Below, in pieces: positions 62,815 through 64,000 of a stretch of 64,000 nt of DNA. Below the pieces are notes generated by a model, which worked only from the letters and a program-made list of their open reading frames with translations, was not told the DNA's origin and made no database searches. How positions within the stretch are numbered: the stretch's first letter is position 1; each line of letters starts with the position of its first letter. Origin of the DNA: Stylophora pistillata. Its lineage: Eukaryota. The DNA is taken from assembly GCF_002571385.2 (NCBI RefSeq), contig NW_019217964.1, forward strand, positions 1 through 64,000. Direction: 5' to 3'. The translations under genes were made by a program, and so were the position numbers.

Positions 62815-63616
62815 GACTAAAGGGGCCGATACTTGACCATCCTGACACTACTCCTGGTCCAATACTAGATTTATTACACGATTAAAGAGACTCCTGAAAA
62901 ATTAATTACTTACAAGGGACCAAAACGGGCGATCCCGAACTTGTAAATCCCGAGCGGGCAATCCCGGGCGACCACAACAGGTGCATCATCCCGCTGCTCA
63001 GGTGACCATTCAGAACTTAGCATACGCCCGCATACGCGGTTTAATCGGATTGTCTGCGTATGAAGCCTGTCGCGTTAGAAACAACCTTAACACCTCGGGC
63101 GCCCTTCTTCAAGAGATGCCCCAGAAAATTACAATAAAAGTTTTCTATGATCATGAACAATATCAGTGTCTCAGAAGATTGCACGCTCCCAAACGGGGGG
63201 ACGCTCATTTTAGAATGTAAGCATGTCTTTCTTATTATGATCTCATATTTTTAGATATGCGGAGAAAATAAACTGATTGGAGGTGAGTGCGTTGGATTGG
63301 TCTTTTGTCACATTGTATCATAGAGAAAGTTTTTTCATATGATTCCTGCATCCTGACTGATTTTTTTTTTTTTTTTCAATTTTGGTCTGTTTTTTTTTTT
63401 CTTTTTTTTTTGGCTTGTTATTAATGAAGTCAGATTCTGAAGTGAGTGTGATTTAGGAAATGCTAGTTCTGAATATTTCTTTTTTTTTCAATATGCCTCA
63501 AGTGGCTGGATGGGATTGATATATTACAACCTCTAACAAAGTTTGTCCTTGAACAGGAGTTTTGAACCAAGTTCATAACTTAATTTGGCCACCGTTAAGA
63601 GTTTCTCAAGTGTACT

Positions 63617-63737
63617 TTTCGAGCGTTAGCCCCTCGTTTGACGAATTCACATTATCAACTCGGTTTATAAAACCAAATTATCTTGTAATACCCCCACCGA
63701 CGCAGCACCGCAGCTTTATTTAGAAACTTACCTCCTC
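63617..63737. mobile_element. Penelope-like/hammerhead-type repeat remnant with inverted piece
   Basis: tttcgagcgttagcccctcg (reverse of the hammerhead-type motif) joined to the forward tail attatcaactc..cccccaccgacgcagcac..tagaaacttac. Confidence 0.55.
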
Positions 63738-64000
63738 AATTGATTTTATCCTTAAATAACTCAGCGTAATAAAAGCGTAATAACTCAGCGTAATAAAAGA
63801 ATATCTTCGTTAAAAGGGTCCGTCTCCAGGGTTTCACAGCTTCTGAGGCACACTTCTACCCAGTACTACTCGTTTATCGCCCCGTCCCAGTCCTCCGCTT
63901 TCCGGCGGTTCTTCCTGTACGTTGCTTAAGATTAAAATTTTATGCTTTTCGAATCTAACTTGCTATTTTGTATGTTGTATAATGTCAGTGCTCAGTGTGG

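Overview
Eukaryotic, intron-rich (GT-AG), AT-rich animal DNA with several N gaps. Gene content (HAP2/GCS1) and repeat style suggest a cnidarian, probably a stony coral; this is an inference. Genes rebuilt by hand from splice sites, left to right: a small single-TM ORF (-); a HAP2/GCS1 gamete fusogen (+) that looks disabled (TGA at a conserved Cys, domain II exons not found); a complete 20-exon TADA2B (-); two tandem intronless class I/II PLP aminotransferases (+), the second with one in-frame TAG; HSBP1-like (-), head-to-head with a 14-exon CCDC170-like gene (+) that has one in-frame TAA; a second small TM ORF; a minimal SP-RING/SIM protein; and two tandem genes with two muconolactone-isomerase-like domains (first a frameshifted pseudogene, second intact). 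The most unusual non-coding structure is a tRNA(Thr-AGT)-like ~250-bp unit inserted as tandem arrays ending in an inverted arm. Two such insertions are each flanked by a 12-bp target-site duplication and end at the same two positions of the unit, resembling Penelope-like/retrozyme-type mobilisation. Also present: Penelope-type hammerhead remnants, SINEs, many MITEs/hairpin elements and minisatellites. Four of about ten genes carry loss-of-function lesions.
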